This document shows positions 26,865 through 40,204 of a DNA stretch of 64,000 nucleotides, piece after piece. Location: contig NIVC01001688.1 in assembly GCA_002269645.1 (NCBI GenBank), positions 62,001-126,000 of the forward strand. The letters are read 5' to 3'. Each line of letters opens with the position of its first letter. Position 1 is the first letter of the stretch. The position numbers and the translations under genes were made by a program. The notes beneath the pieces were generated by a model, which was not told the origin of the DNA, made no database searches, and saw nothing but the letters and a program-made list of their open reading frames with translations. This DNA is from Macrostomum lignano (lineage: Eukaryota).

Positions 26865-27357
26865 CAGACATTGAGAATGAGGGATCTGCAGACACTGGGA
26901 ATGAGGGATCTGCAGACATTGGGAATGAGGGGTCTGCAGACACTGGGAATGAGGGATCTGCAGACATTGGGAATGAGGGGTCTGCAGACACTGGGAATGA
27001 GGGATCTGCAGACATTGGGAATGAGGGGTCTGCAGACACTGGGAATGAGGGATCTGCAGACATTGGGAATGAGGGGTCTGCAGACACTGGGAATGAGGGA
27101 TCTACAGACACTGGGAATGAGGGATCTGCAGACACTGGAATGAGGGATCTGCAGACATTGAGAATGAGGGATCTGCAGACATTGAGAATGAGGGATCTGC
27201 AGACATTGAGAATGAGGGATCTGCAGACATTGAGAATGAGGGATCTGCAGACATTGAGAATGAGGGATCTGCAGACATTGAGAATGAGGGATCTGCAGAC
27301 ACTGGGAATGAGGGATCTGCAGACATTGAGAATGAGGGATCTGCAGACACTGGGAAT
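26865..27357. repeat. 24-bp minisatellite (GAGGGATCTGCAGACATTGGGAAT)n
   Basis: About 20 copies; abuts the next array. Confidence 0.95.
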
Positions 27358-27360
27358 GAA

Positions 27361-28270
27361 TGAGTTGGGTCAGCAGTTGGGTCAGCAGTTGGGTCAGCAT
27401 TTGGGTCAGCAGTTGGGTCAGCAGTTGGGTCAGCAGTTGGGTCAGCAGTTGGGTCAGCAGTTGGGTCAGCAGTTGGGTCAGCAGTTGGGTCAGCATTTGG
27501 GTCAGCAGTTGGGTCAGCAGTTGGGTCAGCAGTTGGGTCAGCAGTTGGGTCAGCAGTTGGGTCAGCAGTTGGGTCAGCAGTTGGGTCAGCAGTTGGGTCA
27601 GCATTTGGGTCAGCAGTTGGGTCAGCAGTTGGGTCAGCAGTTGGGTCAGCAGTTGGGTCAGCAGTTGGGTCAGCAGTTGGGTCAGCAGTTGGGTCAGCAG
27701 TTGGGTCAGCATTTGGGTCAGCAGTTGGGTCAGCAGTTGGGTCAGCAGTTGGGTCAGCAGTTGGGTCAGCAGTTGGGTCAGCAGTTGGGTCAGCAGTTGG
27801 GTCAGCATTTGGGTCAGCAGTTGGGTCAGCAGTTGGGTCAGCAGTTGGGTCAGCAGTTGGGTCAGCAGTTGGGTCAGCAGTTGGGTCAGCAGTTGGGTCA
27901 GCAGTTGGGTAAGCAGTTGGGTCAGCAGTTGGGTCAGCATTTGGGTCAGCAGTTGGGTCAGCAGTTGGGTCAGCATTTGGGTCAGCAGTTGGGTCAGCAG
28001 TTGGGTCAGCAGTTGGGTCAGCAGTTGGGTCAGCAGTTGGGTCAGCAGTTGGGTCAGCAGTTGGGTCAGCATTTGGGTCAGCAGTTGGGTCAGCAGTTGG
28101 GTCAGCAGTTGGGTCAGCAGTTGGGTCAGCAGTTGGGTCAGCAGTTGGGTCAGCAGTTGGGTAAGCAGTTGGGTCAGCAGTTGGGTCAGCATTTGGGTCA
28201 GCAGTTGGGTCAGCAGTTGGGTCAGCAGTTGGGTCAGCAGTTGGGTCAGCAGTTGGGTCAGCAGTTTGGT
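27361..28270. repeat. 12-bp minisatellite (TTGGGTCAGCAG)n
   Basis: About 75 copies; periodic CAT variant. Confidence 0.97.
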
Positions 28271-28756
28271 CAGCTCCAAAGCGATCACAGGAAAATAATT
28301 GTCTATTCCAACTGACTGACCAATTAAAGTGGAGACGGACAGAACGGGACAGTCGCTAATGGGGAGCCAAACTTCACTATTGGGGATCATATTTCCCATG
28401 GCTAGCGTGTGGGCACTCGGGCGGGTTGCCATTCCACGAGGGAGGGGCGGTTGGGATAATATTCCCCTAACGTCCTTGGGCGGAGACAACAGGCCACAGT
28501 GTTGCGTACAGCATTCTAAGAGTTCAGTCTTGGGCCATTGTCTCCGCCTGAGTCTGTTGCGCAAGCAGCTAGTTAATGCTGGGGCTTGGAAACATGGGCT
28601 GAGAGTGGGCTGTTCAAAGCAAAACTGTTTGTTAATTCGCACTATTTTCTGTTTTTCTATCAACTTTTCTATTAATAATTCCACAACAATTTTTTACACT
28701 ATAGGACTGTGATTTCACGCTTTTAATTGGCACCCTTTCAATTTCAGGTTTCGGCG

Positions 28757-29021
28757 CATTTTCACTCTCCTTTCTAGTGCATTTTCACTCTCCTTCTAGT
28801 GCATTTTCACTCTCACTTCTAGTGCATTTTCACTCTCCTTTCTAGTGCATTTTCACTCTCACTTCTAGTGCATTTCACTCTCACTTCTAGTGCATTTTCA
28901 CTCTCACTTCTAGTGCATTTTCACTCTCACTTCTAGTGCATTTTCACTCTCACTTCTAGTGCATTTTCACTCTCACTTCTAGTGCATTTTCACTCTCACT
29001 TCTAGTGCATTTTCACTCTCC
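28757..29021. repeat. 23-bp minisatellite (GCATTTTCACTCTCACTTCTAGT)n
   Basis: About 11 copies. Confidence 0.95.
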
Positions 29022-29571
29022 CTGTATTTGCAGATCCCCGAATTTTTAAAATCTTTCAAAACCTTTTTTGATCCTGGTAAAATGAACCCTCACCCATTTG
29101 CCGTTTTATTACGGTAAAATTGCCCTCCGCACCTGGGCAGGCAGAGCAAATTAAAGCAATTATTGATAAATGTTATTCTTAAATGCCACCTGCAACCGCT
29201 TTTTTCGCGAATTTTCTTCGACTGCTTGGTGTTTTATTTTTCTGTTAAGAAAAATAGCATAAAAGTCTTGACCATCTACTTATTTGACTTGGCCTAGTAG
29301 TGCGATGATAACATTGTGTACTTATTTTCATTACTTACTGGGTAAACAGATAAATAGAGAATTCATAATTCATATTTCACACCCTTTCTTAACGCACTTC
29401 CTGCCAAGGCACTCGTCCAGTTGCCAACCGGAAATGAACGGGCTGTTGTGAGGCAGATATTTGCTTTCTGATTTGTAATTTTAGATTTGAGAAGTAGCTC
29501 TCAGTCAGTATCCACTTTGCTGTCCATTCTGACTTTTATGGAGATTGATTTCTAGTTTTCTCTCTGTCAAT

Positions 29572-30566
29572 GAGATTGAGGACCTACTGTCAGTCAGATT
29601 GAGGACCTACTGTCAGTCAGATTGAGGACCTGCTGTCAGTCAGATTGAGGACCTGCTGTCAGTCAGATTGAGGACCTACTACCAGTCAGATTGAGGACCT
29701 ACTGTCAGTCAGATTGAGGACCTACTGTCAGTCAGATTGAGGACCTACTGCCAGTCAGATTGAGGACCTACTGTCAGTCAGATTGAGGACCTACTGTCAG
29801 TCAGATTGAGGACCTACTGCCAGTCAGATTGAGGACCTACTGTCAGTCAGATTGAGGACCTACTGTCAGTCAGATTGAGGACCTACTGTCAGTCAGATTG
29901 AGGACCTACTACCAGTCAGATTGAGGACCTACTGTCAGTCAGATTGAGGACCTACTGTCAATCAGATTGAGGACCTACTGTCAGTCAGATTGAGGACCTG
30001 CTGTCAGTCAGATTGAGGACCTACTGTCAGTCAGATTGAGGACCTACTGCCAGTCAGATTGAGGACCTACTGTCAGTCAGATTGAGGACCTACTGTCAGT
30101 CAGATTGAGGACCTACTGTCAGTCAGATTGAGGACCTACTGCCAGTCAGATTGAGGACCTACTGCCAGTCAGATTGAGGACCTACTGTCAGTGAGATTGA
30201 GGACCTACTGTCAGTCAGATTGAGGACCTACTGCCAGTCAGATTGAGGACCTACTGCCAGTCAGATTGAGGACCTACTGTCAGTGAGATTGAGGACCTAC
30301 TGCCAGTCAGATTGAGGACCTACTGTCAGTGAGATTGAGGACCTACTGTCAGTCAGATTGAGGACCTACTACCAGTCAGATTGAGGACCTACTGCCAGTC
30401 AGATTGAGGACCTACTACTGCCAGTCAGATTGAGGACCTACTGTCGGTGAGATTGAGGACCTACTGCCAGTCAGATTGAGGACCTACTGCCAGTCAGATT
30501 GAGGACCTACTGCCAGTCAGATTGAGGACCTACTGCCAGTCAGATTGAGGACCTACTGTCGGTGAG
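29572..30566. repeat. 23-bp minisatellite (GTCAGTCAGATTGAGGACCTACT)n
   Basis: About 43 copies. Confidence 0.96.
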
Positions 30567-31177
30567 ATAGTATCACAGCAGTGGGTATTTTCTCGAGGAC
30601 ACAGCAAACCGAGGGAGATCCGGGAGGGACACCAGCGCACCAACCACTGGTAATCAAGTGTCAGAAATTGAGTTTTCCCAGCAGGGATTCCCAGCAGTCT
30701 CTGTCTCTCCATCCCGTCTCTCCTAATCCCTTGCCGCTTCATTAGTACGAGTCCCGGCTGAAATTGGTCAGCAAATTGGGCCTGACCAAGGCTGAGTGGC
30801 TGAAAGAGACTCGCACAGGAGAACTTTCTTCTTCTATTTTCTGCAGCGCTTGCTTAACAGGACGAGTTGTCAGCACAGTATGTGGGAAGGCTTCCCTTGA
30901 GAGAGGGGCAGCGAGCCTGTTCTTAAATGATGTATGCTGGCTTGATGCAGCTCACACTGCTGTGCCTTTTGCCTCTCTCGGTGTTGCTCGAGGCCCGCTT
31001 ATCGCATTATATATCAGGAATGGCTGAGCCAAAGAGACAAGATTCGCGTGTCAAAGGCTGCTCTGATGAATTTTTCAGCGGGCCCGGGGGAGCGGCACGC
31101 ACTTTGGCTCTTTGCGACTGCGGAGCAGGGTGGAAAAAGGAGCGGGAGGATGGCATGGCAGCAGAGCGATACACAGG

Positions 31178-34100
31178 GGTGAGATAGACATGGGAGAGAT
31201 AGGCATGGGGGAGATAGACATGGGAGAGATAGACATGGGAGAGATAGACATGGGAGAGATAGACATGGGAGAGATAGGCATAGGGGAGATAGACATGGGA
31301 AAGATAGACATGGGAGAGATAGACATGGGGGAGATAGACATGGGGGAGATAGACATGGGAGAGATAGACATGGGGGAGATAGACATGGGGGAGATAGACA
31401 TGGGAAAGATAGACATGGGAGAGATAGACATGGGAGAGATAGACATGGGAGAGATAGGCATGGGGGAGATAGACATGGGAAAGATAGACATGGGAGAGAT
31501 AGACATGGGGGAGATAGACATGGGAGAGATAGGCATGGGGGAGATAGACATGGGAAAGATAGACATGGGAGAGATAGGCATGGGAGAGATAGGCATGGGA
31601 GAGATAGGCATGGGGGAGATAGACATGGGAGAGATAGACATGGGAGAGATAGACATGGGAGAGATAGGCATGGGGGAGATAGACATGGGAAAGATAGACA
31701 TGGGTGAGATAGACATGGGAGAGATAGGCATGGGGGAGATAGACATGGGAAAGATAGACATGGGAGAGATAGGCATGGGAGAGATAGGCATGGGAGAGAT
31801 AGGCATGGGGGAGATAGACATGGGAGAGATAGACATGGGAGAGATAGACATGGGAGAGATAGGCATGGGGGAGATAGACATGGGAAAGATAGACATGGGA
31901 GAGATAGACATGGGGGAGATAGACATGGGGGAGATAGACATGGGAGAGATAGACATGGGGGAGATAGACATGGGGGAGATAGACATGGGAAAGATAGACA
32001 TGGGAGAGATAGACATGGGAGAGATAGACATGGGAGAGATAGGCATGGGGGAGATAGACATGGGAAAGATAGACATGGGAGAGATAGACATGGGGGAGAT
32101 AGACATGGGAGAGATAGGCATGGGAGAGATAGGCATGGGAGAGATAGGCATGGGGGAGATAGACATGGGAGAGATAGACATGGGAGAGATAGACATGGGA
32201 GAGATAGGCATGGGGGAGATAGACATGGGAGAGATAGACATGGGAGAGATAGACATGGGAGAGATAGGCATGGGAGAGATAGGCATGGGAGAGATAGGCA
32301 TGGGAGAGATAGACATGGGAGAGATAGGCATGGGGGAGATAGACATGGGAGAGATAGACATGGGAGAGATAGACATGGGAGAGATAGGCATGGGGGAGAT
32401 AGACATGGGAGAGATAGGCATGGGAGAGATAGGCATGGGAGAGATGGACAAGGGAGAGAGATAGACAACATGGTAGAGAGATAGACAACATGGGAGAGAG
32501 ATAGACAGGGGAGAGATAGACATGGGAGAGATAGGCATGGGAGAGATAGACATGGGAGAGATAGGCATGGGAGAGATAGACATGGGGGAGATAAACATGG
32601 GAGAGATAGGCATGGGAGAGATAGACATGGGAGAGATAGGCATGGGAGAGATAGACATGGGAGAGATAGGCATGGGAGAGATAGACATGGGGGAGATAGA
32701 CATGGGAGAGATAGACATGGGAGAGATAGGCATGGGAGAGATAGACATGGGAGAGATATGCATGGGAGAGATAGACATGGGAGAGATAGGCATGGGAGAG
32801 ATAGGCATGGGAGAGATAGGCATGGGAGAGATAGGCATGGGAGAGATGGACATGGTAGAGAGATAGACAACATGGTAGAGAGATAGACAACATGGGAGAG
32901 AGATAGACAGGGGAGAGATAGACATGGGAGAGATAGGCATGGGGGAGATAGACATGGGGGAGATAGACATGGGAGAGATAGACATGGGAGAGATAGGCAT
33001 GGGAGAGATAGACATGGGAGAGATAGGCATGGGAGAGATAGGCATGAGGGAGATAGACATGGGGGAGATAGACATGGGAAAGATAGACATGGGAGAGATA
33101 GGCATGGGAGAGATAGGCATGGGGGAGATAGACATGGGGGAGATAGACATGGGAGAGATAGACATGGGAGAGATAGGCATGGGGGAGATAGACATGGGAA
33201 AGATAGACATGGGAGAGATAGGCATGGGAGAGATAGGCATGGGAGAGATAGGCATGGGGGAGATAGACATGGGAGAGATAGGCATGGGAGAGATAGACAT
33301 GGGGGAGATAGACATGGGAGAGATAGACATGGGAGAGATAGGCATGGGAGAGATAGGCATGGGAGAGATAGACATGGGAGAGATAGGCATGGGAGAGATA
33401 GGCATGGGAGAGATAGGCATGGGAGAGATAGGCATGGGGGAGATAGACATGGGAGAGATAGACATGGGAGAGATAGACATGGGAGAGATAGGCATGGGGG
33501 AGATAGACATGGGAGAGATAGACATGGGAGAGATAGACATGGGAGAGATAGGCATGGGAGAGATAGGCATGGGAGAGATAGGCATGGGAGAGATAGGCAT
33601 GGGAGAGATAGGCATGGGAGAGATAGACATGGGAGAGATAGGCATGGGAGAGATAGGCATGGGGGAGATAGACATGGGAGAGATAGACATGGGAGAGATA
33701 GACATGGGAGAGATAGGCATGGGGGAGATAGACATGGGAGAGATAGACATGGGAGAGATAGACATGGGAGAGATAGGCATGGGAGAGATGGACAAGGGAG
33801 AGAGATAGACAACATGGTAGAGAGATAGACAACATGGGAGAGAGATAGACAGGGGAGAGATAGACATGGGAGAGATAGGCATGGGAGAGATAGACATGGG
33901 AGAGATAGGCATGGGAGAGATAGACATGGGGGAGATAAACATGGGAGAGATAGGCATGGGAGAGATAGACATGGGAGAGATAGGCATGGGAGAGATAGGC
34001 ATGGGAGAGATAGACATGGGAGAGATAGGCATGGGAGAGATAGACATGGGGGAGATAGACATGGGAGAGATAGACATGGGAGAGATAGGCATGGGAGAGA

Positions 34101-34672
34101 TAGACATGGGAGAGATATGCATGGGAGAGATAGACATGGGAGAGATAGGCATGGGAGAGATAGGCATGGGAGAGATAGGCATGGGAGAGATAGGCATGGG
34201 AGAGATGGACATGGTAGAGAGATAGACAACATGGTAGAGAGATAGACAACATGGGAGAGAGATAGACAGGGGAGAGATAGACATGGGAGAGATAGGCATG
34301 GGGGAGATAGACATGGGAGAGATAGACATGGGAGAGATAGACATGGGGGAGATAGACATGGGAGAGATAGACATGGGAGAGATAGACATGGGGGAGATAG
34401 ACATGGGAGAGATAGACATGGGAGAGATAGACATGGGAGAGATAGACATGGGAGAGATAGACATGGGAGAGATAGACATGGGAGAGATAGGCATGGGAGA
34501 GATAGGCATGGGAGAGATAGACATGGGAGAGATAGGCATGGGAGAGATAGACATGGGAGAGATAGACAGGGGAGAGATAGGCGTGGGAGAGATAGGCATG
34601 GGAGAGATAGACATGGGAGAGATAGACATGGGAGAGATAGACATGGGAGAGATAGACATGGGAGAGATAGAC
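31178..34672. repeat. 15-bp satellite (GAGATAGACATGGGA)n with higher-order duplication
   Basis: About 230 copies; largest array in the window. Confidence 0.98.
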
Positions 34673-34873
34673 GGAGTCGCAGATCTGTGGGGTCTGTGGC
34701 GCCCCCCAGCCAGCTCACAATCCAGGCCGCTCTGCAGTCCGAAGTGCAGCTGAGGTCGCCACCCAATGCCAGCCAATAGGCGGAGGCCAAGCTATTCGAG
34801 AGACCTGCTTTTAGAAATTTGCCAACTCAGCGTGAGAAGACTGGGGAGTCTTCCGGAGAGAACAGTGGTTTCC

Positions 34874-35897
34874 ATGGCAACACAGCTGGTTGCGCTGCCG
34901 CTGCTCATCCTGGGCGCCGCGGCGGCTTCGGCGAAGCTTCTGACGCTGCCAGCACGCGGGGGTGCCTGCTGGGCACTCCTGCAGTCTCCCGGCTTCTCGT
35001 CAGGCCGATCCTACCCCACCACGCCCCGCCTGCCGCCTCAAGTATGGCAGATTCGAAACCGCGACCTTACCAGCCCAGTAGTAGCCGACTTTACCGACCT
35101 GCAGCTGCACCCGGCCTCCAGGCTGGAGATCTTCGATGGCGACCCGGTGAACTTCCGGCTGGCGAGGTCGGCCCGGCTGCTGCGGCGATACGAGGCCGGG
35201 GCCGACAACTCGCAGCGGCAGCGGCTGCTGGCCGACGGCACCGGCGTCCTGACTGTCCTCTTCCACGCACTCGACCCCGACGGCGCACTGGCGGACATCC
35301 AAGACTCGGCGCCGTCGTTGGGCTTCCAGTTGAATGTCTCGACAGCGGTGCTGGAGGCCGAAAATGGCTCAACGACGTCGATGGTGACTCAGTGCGGCTG
35401 GCCAGCGGTGGTTGCTACGGGGAACTCCTCCAGCGGCGGCGCCTGGCTGTTCTTGGCGACGCCTCCATCGGCGACAAGATTCGATTGCGTCTGGCTGCTT
35501 CGCCCGCTGCCGGCAGCCGCGGAGCTGCTGGCGGATGCCGGCTTCGACAGCCAGTTTGAGCTGGAGGCGCGGGCCGGCCCGACATCGGCGTCGCCGCGGC
35601 TGCCGGTGCAGCTGCGACACCAAACTACCGGCGTCGTTGCCTCGGTGGCGCTCGGAGTTGCTGAGCCCCCGCTGCCAGCTGTTTATCTCCGACTGCGAGG
35701 CCGCTGCAACCAACAGGCCGGCCGCTGCCTCCGCCTGCGGTACCGCCTGGACCCAGCAGCCGCGGTCAGCGGGCCGTGCACCGGGCCGGCGCCAGTGAAC
35801 CTCTGCCCGGATGGCGACAGCAGCTGGAGCTGCGTGCCGCTGAACCGGACCTGCCCGAGGAGGCCCGCAACGGAGCCGCCAACTTCAAAGAAGGCTT

Positions 35898-35929
<32 letters not shown>

Positions 35930-36576
35930 AGTTTTTCCGGCTTCGACGAAACCGACGGCTCGAATTCGCGGGACAGTCGGCGTCGCCGGGACCCGCACTA
36001 TCTCGGCCGCCTGAACGCCGTGGTGGCCGCGACCTCCTCGCTGCTGCTGGCCCTCGGCTCGGCCTGCTGATCCTGTGGACCCGGGCTCGCCGCCTGAGGG
36101 CAGCCGCCGCCGCGGCCGGCACTCCGTCCTCTGCCGACGTAGTAGCCGACGGTGGCGTCGGCGGCATCAACCGCTCCGAAACGATCGTCAGCAGCCTGCT
36201 GGCCGCGATTCGGCGGCCGCCGACTCCGCCTCCAGCCTACTCCGAGGCATGCGGCGGAACTGGCACCGGAAACTGGGCCGGAAACGGAAATGGATTCGAA
36301 AGCGGAACTAGAACCGGAACCGGAACAGGAACCGAAACTGGAGCCCAAATCTGGACGAGAAACGGAACTGGAACCGGAACCGGAACCGGAACCCAAATCT
36401 GGATGAGAAATGAGACAGGAACCGAAACTGGAACCGGAACCGGAACCGGAACCCGAACTGGAACCGGAGCCGGAACCGGAATTGGAAGCGAGTCCACGGA
36501 ACCAATGCTAACAGAAAGACAATCGCAGTATTTAAACTCAAGCATCAATTCAGTTTTTAATCGCAGTTCGATATGA
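34874..36576 (+). CDS. Single-pass membrane protein: signal peptide, two CUB-like domains, degenerate LDLa-like Cys cluster, TM, PPxY tail; apparent 1-nt frameshift at ~36059
   Basis: ATG 34874 starts MATQLVALPLLILGAAAASA (signal-peptide-like). CUB-like motifs CWALLQSPGF..SYP..VWQI and CGW...DCVWLL; Cys cluster CTGPAPVNLCPDGDSSWSCVPLNRTC. The hydrophobic segment is split between frames (LLLALG / GLLILWTRARRL); the second frame has PPPAY and stops at 36576. Restoring one base gives ~567 aa. Confidence 0.72.
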
Positions 36577-36825
36577 TTTGCAATTTTATTCAAAAGGCTG
36601 CTTTGATGTAAAAATGAAAATTTGCGCTCCCTCTGTCACAGAAAACAAATTCTGCAAAATTGTTTGGATTATTAGATTAAAGTAATTCCTTTACATGAGA
36701 TAACTTATACTTTCACTTTGATTTAAGTTTAAGGTTGAACACTCGCTCACACAGGGAGTGTGTGAGCATAGCGGTCCTGACTTTCACATCGTAAGTTGAG
36801 GTCAAATATAGTTGAACAGAAACTG

Positions 36826-37366
36826 TAGGTCATAGACCATAGGTCATCGACTATAGGTCATAGACCATAGGTCATAGACCATAGGTCATAGACCATAGGT
36901 CATAGACCATAGGTCATAGACCATAGGTCATAGACCATAGGTCATAGACCATAGGTCATAGACCATAGGTCATAGACCATAGGTCATAGACCATAGGTCA
37001 TAGACCATAGGTCATAGACCATAGGTCATAGACCATAGGTCATAGACCATAGGTCATAGACCATAGGTCATAGACCATAGGTCATAGACCATAGGTCATA
37101 GACCATAGGTCATAGACCATAGGTCATAGACCATAGGTCATAGACCATAGGTCATAGACCATAGGTCATAGACCATAGGTCATAGACCATAGGTCATAGA
37201 CCATAGGTCATAGACCATAGGTCATAGACCATAGGTCATAGACCATAGGTCATAGACCATAGGTCATAGACCATAGGTCATAGACCATAGGTCATAGACC
37301 ATAGGTCATAGACCATAGGTCATAGACCATAGGTCATAGACCATAGGTCATAGACCATAGACCATA
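36826..37366. repeat. 14-bp near-perfect minisatellite (TAGGTCATAGACCA)n
   Basis: About 38 essentially identical copies. Confidence 0.98.
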
Positions 37367-37869
37367 GACAGTGGAAGCTTGCTCCAGACTCGAAGAGATT
37401 AGAAAAAGAGCAAGTTTCCCCAATTGCAATAATATTCAGTTACTCAGCTGGAAGGCGGTGACCACGAAAAGTTCAAATCGATTTTCAGCCCTCAATCCCA
37501 GGGGAAATTTGGCCAGTGTGAAAATTTCGAGTCCCAGTCAACCTCGATTCGAGTTTGACTAACATAAATGCTCCCCAAAACCTTTGAGCAGTCAGTCAAC
37601 AAACCAATGGTTCGCAGTCATTTACTTTCCCCCTCTGTTCTCGGCCTTTCTCGGGGATAAAAATCCCATCCCCCCCCCCGAGATTCGTATTTCCCCGAGA
37701 GAGGCGACTGCTGCTGTTGCTTCTGAAACCTCTGCCGTGATTGATGCTGTTAGCGAGGAGCGGGCGAAGAGAGATTGGGGGCAACTTGGCAAATAGAAAC
37801 TCTGCGAGAGTTGCATACAAATTAACTGGGTAGAAGGCAGGAGGAACTGCTGCTGAGATCGCGATAGGA

Positions 37870-38572
37870 GAGAGATGGGGTGAGGGAGAGGGGGTGAGGG
37901 AGAGGGGGTGAGGGAGAGGGGGTGAGGGAGATGGGGTGAGGGAGATGGGGTGAGGGAGAGGGGGTGAGGGAGAGGGGTGAGGGAGAGGGAGATGAGGGAG
38001 AGGGAGATGGGGTAAGGGAGATGGGGTGAGGGAGAGGGAGATGAGGGAGAGGGAGATGAGAGAGATGGGGTGAGGGAGATGGGGGGAGGGTGAGGGAGAT
38101 GAGGGAGATAGGGTGAGAGAGATGAGGGAAAGGGAGATGAGGGAGAGGGGGATGAGGGAGAGGGAGATGAGGGAGATAGGGTGAGAGAGATGAGGGAAAG
38201 GGAGATGAGGGAGAGGGGGATGAGGGAGAGGGAGATGAGGGAGAGGGAGATGGATAAGGGAGATGGGTGAGTGAGATGGGTGAGTGAGATGGGGTGAGTA
38301 AGATGGGTGAGGGAGATGGGGTGAGGGAGATGGGGTGAGGGAGATGGGTGAGGGAGATGGGGTGAGGGAGATGGGTGAGGGAGAGGAAGTCGCAGTGAGG
38401 GAGATGGATAAGGGAGATGGGGTGAGTAAGATGGGTGAGGGAGATGGGGTGAGGGAGATGGGGTGAGGGAGATGGGTGAGGGAGATGGGGTGAGGGAGAT
38501 GGGTGAGGGAGATGGGTGAGGGAGATGGGGTGAGGGAGATGGGTGAGGGAGAGGAAGTCGCAGTGAGGGAGA
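37870..38572. repeat. Purine-rich degenerate array (GAGGGAGATGGGGT-like)
   Basis: Direct inspection. Confidence 0.9.
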
Positions 38573-39227
38573 CACACCGATAAAAAGCCAATAGAATCCC
38601 ATGCAGGCTCATCACACAGCCTCCCGCACCTTGAGAACAAAGAGTTGGCAGTCAGTAAGTAAGATTTTAGCAGATCTCAGTAGGGGATATCCAGCCATAG
38701 GGAGAAGTTGAGCATCGGTTAAAGCTGGAGCTCAATCTGTGTAGCTGGAGCTCAGTCTGTCCCGGACACTACTGAGACTTTAATGCAGATACGGAGAGAG
38801 AAGGAGCAAACGGAGAGATTGAGAGACATTCGGAACCGGGCTTCGCGTGCTCGAAGGGCTGAAGCAAGAGAGGGTACTATTTGGTATCCGAGGCTCTGAG
38901 AGCATTCCTCAGCTGAGAGTTTGAGCAGCCTGGGCAGAGCAGCTAATTAATGCCTAATTGTGCGACTTGCAGTGCACTTTCGGACTAACCCCCCGCCAGC
39001 CCGAAACAGGATATCTCAGTGCCGGCCGCTGGGGGCAGAGAGTCCTGGATGGCTGGTGGGCGAGAGTAACCAACTGTCTTCTCAATTAGTATTTGTGCGC
39101 ATATGCGTACTCGTTTATAGTAATATATGCATCACCATATTTATGTGAGGATCAATAAACTTTATAGTAACGGCTTATTCCTATTTAGTAGGGTGCAGTA
39201 GGGGATGCACTGGGCCACATTTATTGT

Positions 39228-39885
39228 CAGGAGTGCCATTTCTACTATCAGGATTGCCATTTTTACTATCAGGAGTGCCATTTTTACAATTAGGAGTGCC
39301 ATTTCACTATCAGGAGTGCCATTATTACAATTAGGAGTGCCATTTTCACTATTAGAGTGCCATTATTACTATTAGGAGTGCCATTTCACTATCAGGAGTG
39401 CCATTTTTACAATCAGGAGTGCCATTTTTACAATTAGGAGTGCCATTTTCACTATTAGAGTGCCATTATTACAATTAGGAGTGCCATTTTTACAATCAGG
39501 AGTGCCATTTTCACTATCAGGAGTGCCATTTTTACAATCAGGAGTGCCATTTTCACTATCAGGAGTGCCATTTCTACAATTAGAAGTGCCATTTTCAATA
39601 TCAGGAGTGCCTTTTTTACTATCAGGAGTGCCATTTTACTATTAGGAGTGCCATTTTCACTATCAGGAGTGCCATTTCTACAATCAGGAGTGCCATTTTC
39701 ACTATCAGGAGTGCCATTTCTACAATCATGAGTGCCATTTTCACTATCAGGAGTGCCATTTCTACAATTAGGAGTGCCATTTTCACTATCAGGTGTGCCT
39801 TTTTTACTATCAGGAGTGCCATTTTACTATTAGGAGTGCCATTTTCACTATCAGGAGTGCCATTTTACAATCAGGAGTGCCATTT
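39228..39885. repeat. ~21-bp minisatellite (ACTATCAGGAGTGCCATTTTC)n
   Basis: About 31 copies. Confidence 0.94.
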
Positions 39886-40204
39886 AAGATCAGGCAGTGA
39901 GCCGTCTGGAAAATAAATTGATTCCCACGCAAAGACACGCGAGGAGCTCATCAGACGGTAGCAAAATATTTATGGAATTATTTACTGGGCCATAAAAGGA
40001 CGCAGAGGAGCAAAGCAGTTATAAATTAATAACCAGGCTGCCGGACCTGCTGGCGAATGTGCGTGCTCGAGTTGGATCGATTTCTAAGAATTCCTCTTCC
40101 CGTCCTTCTAAACTTGAGACGCAAAAAACCCAGGCAGATAAAATCCTAATCCATTATGGCAGCAGCGTGCACTGATTGCTACCTTTCAAAGTGGGGGCGA
40201 CAGT

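Noticed and set aside
26777-28684. 512-aa and 606-aa ORFs (NEGSAD, GQQL, LLTQ repeats)
   Set aside because: They span two adjacent arrays, and a 1-nt indel near 27137 changes the repeat peptide mid-ORF, showing no frame constraint.
31007-34790. ORFs of 1081-1258 aa (LSLPC, SISPM, YLSH repeats)
   Set aside because: Stop-free translations of a 15-bp satellite in several frames and both strands; no domain or splice context.
36745-36767. 9-bp hairpin GCTCACACA-GGGAG-TGTGTGAGC as a Helitron 3' end
   Set aside because: No CTRR terminus at the expected distance; a short hairpin is expected by chance.
37536-37560. 25-nt near-perfect palindrome
   Set aside because: Isolated, no associated element; too short to interpret.
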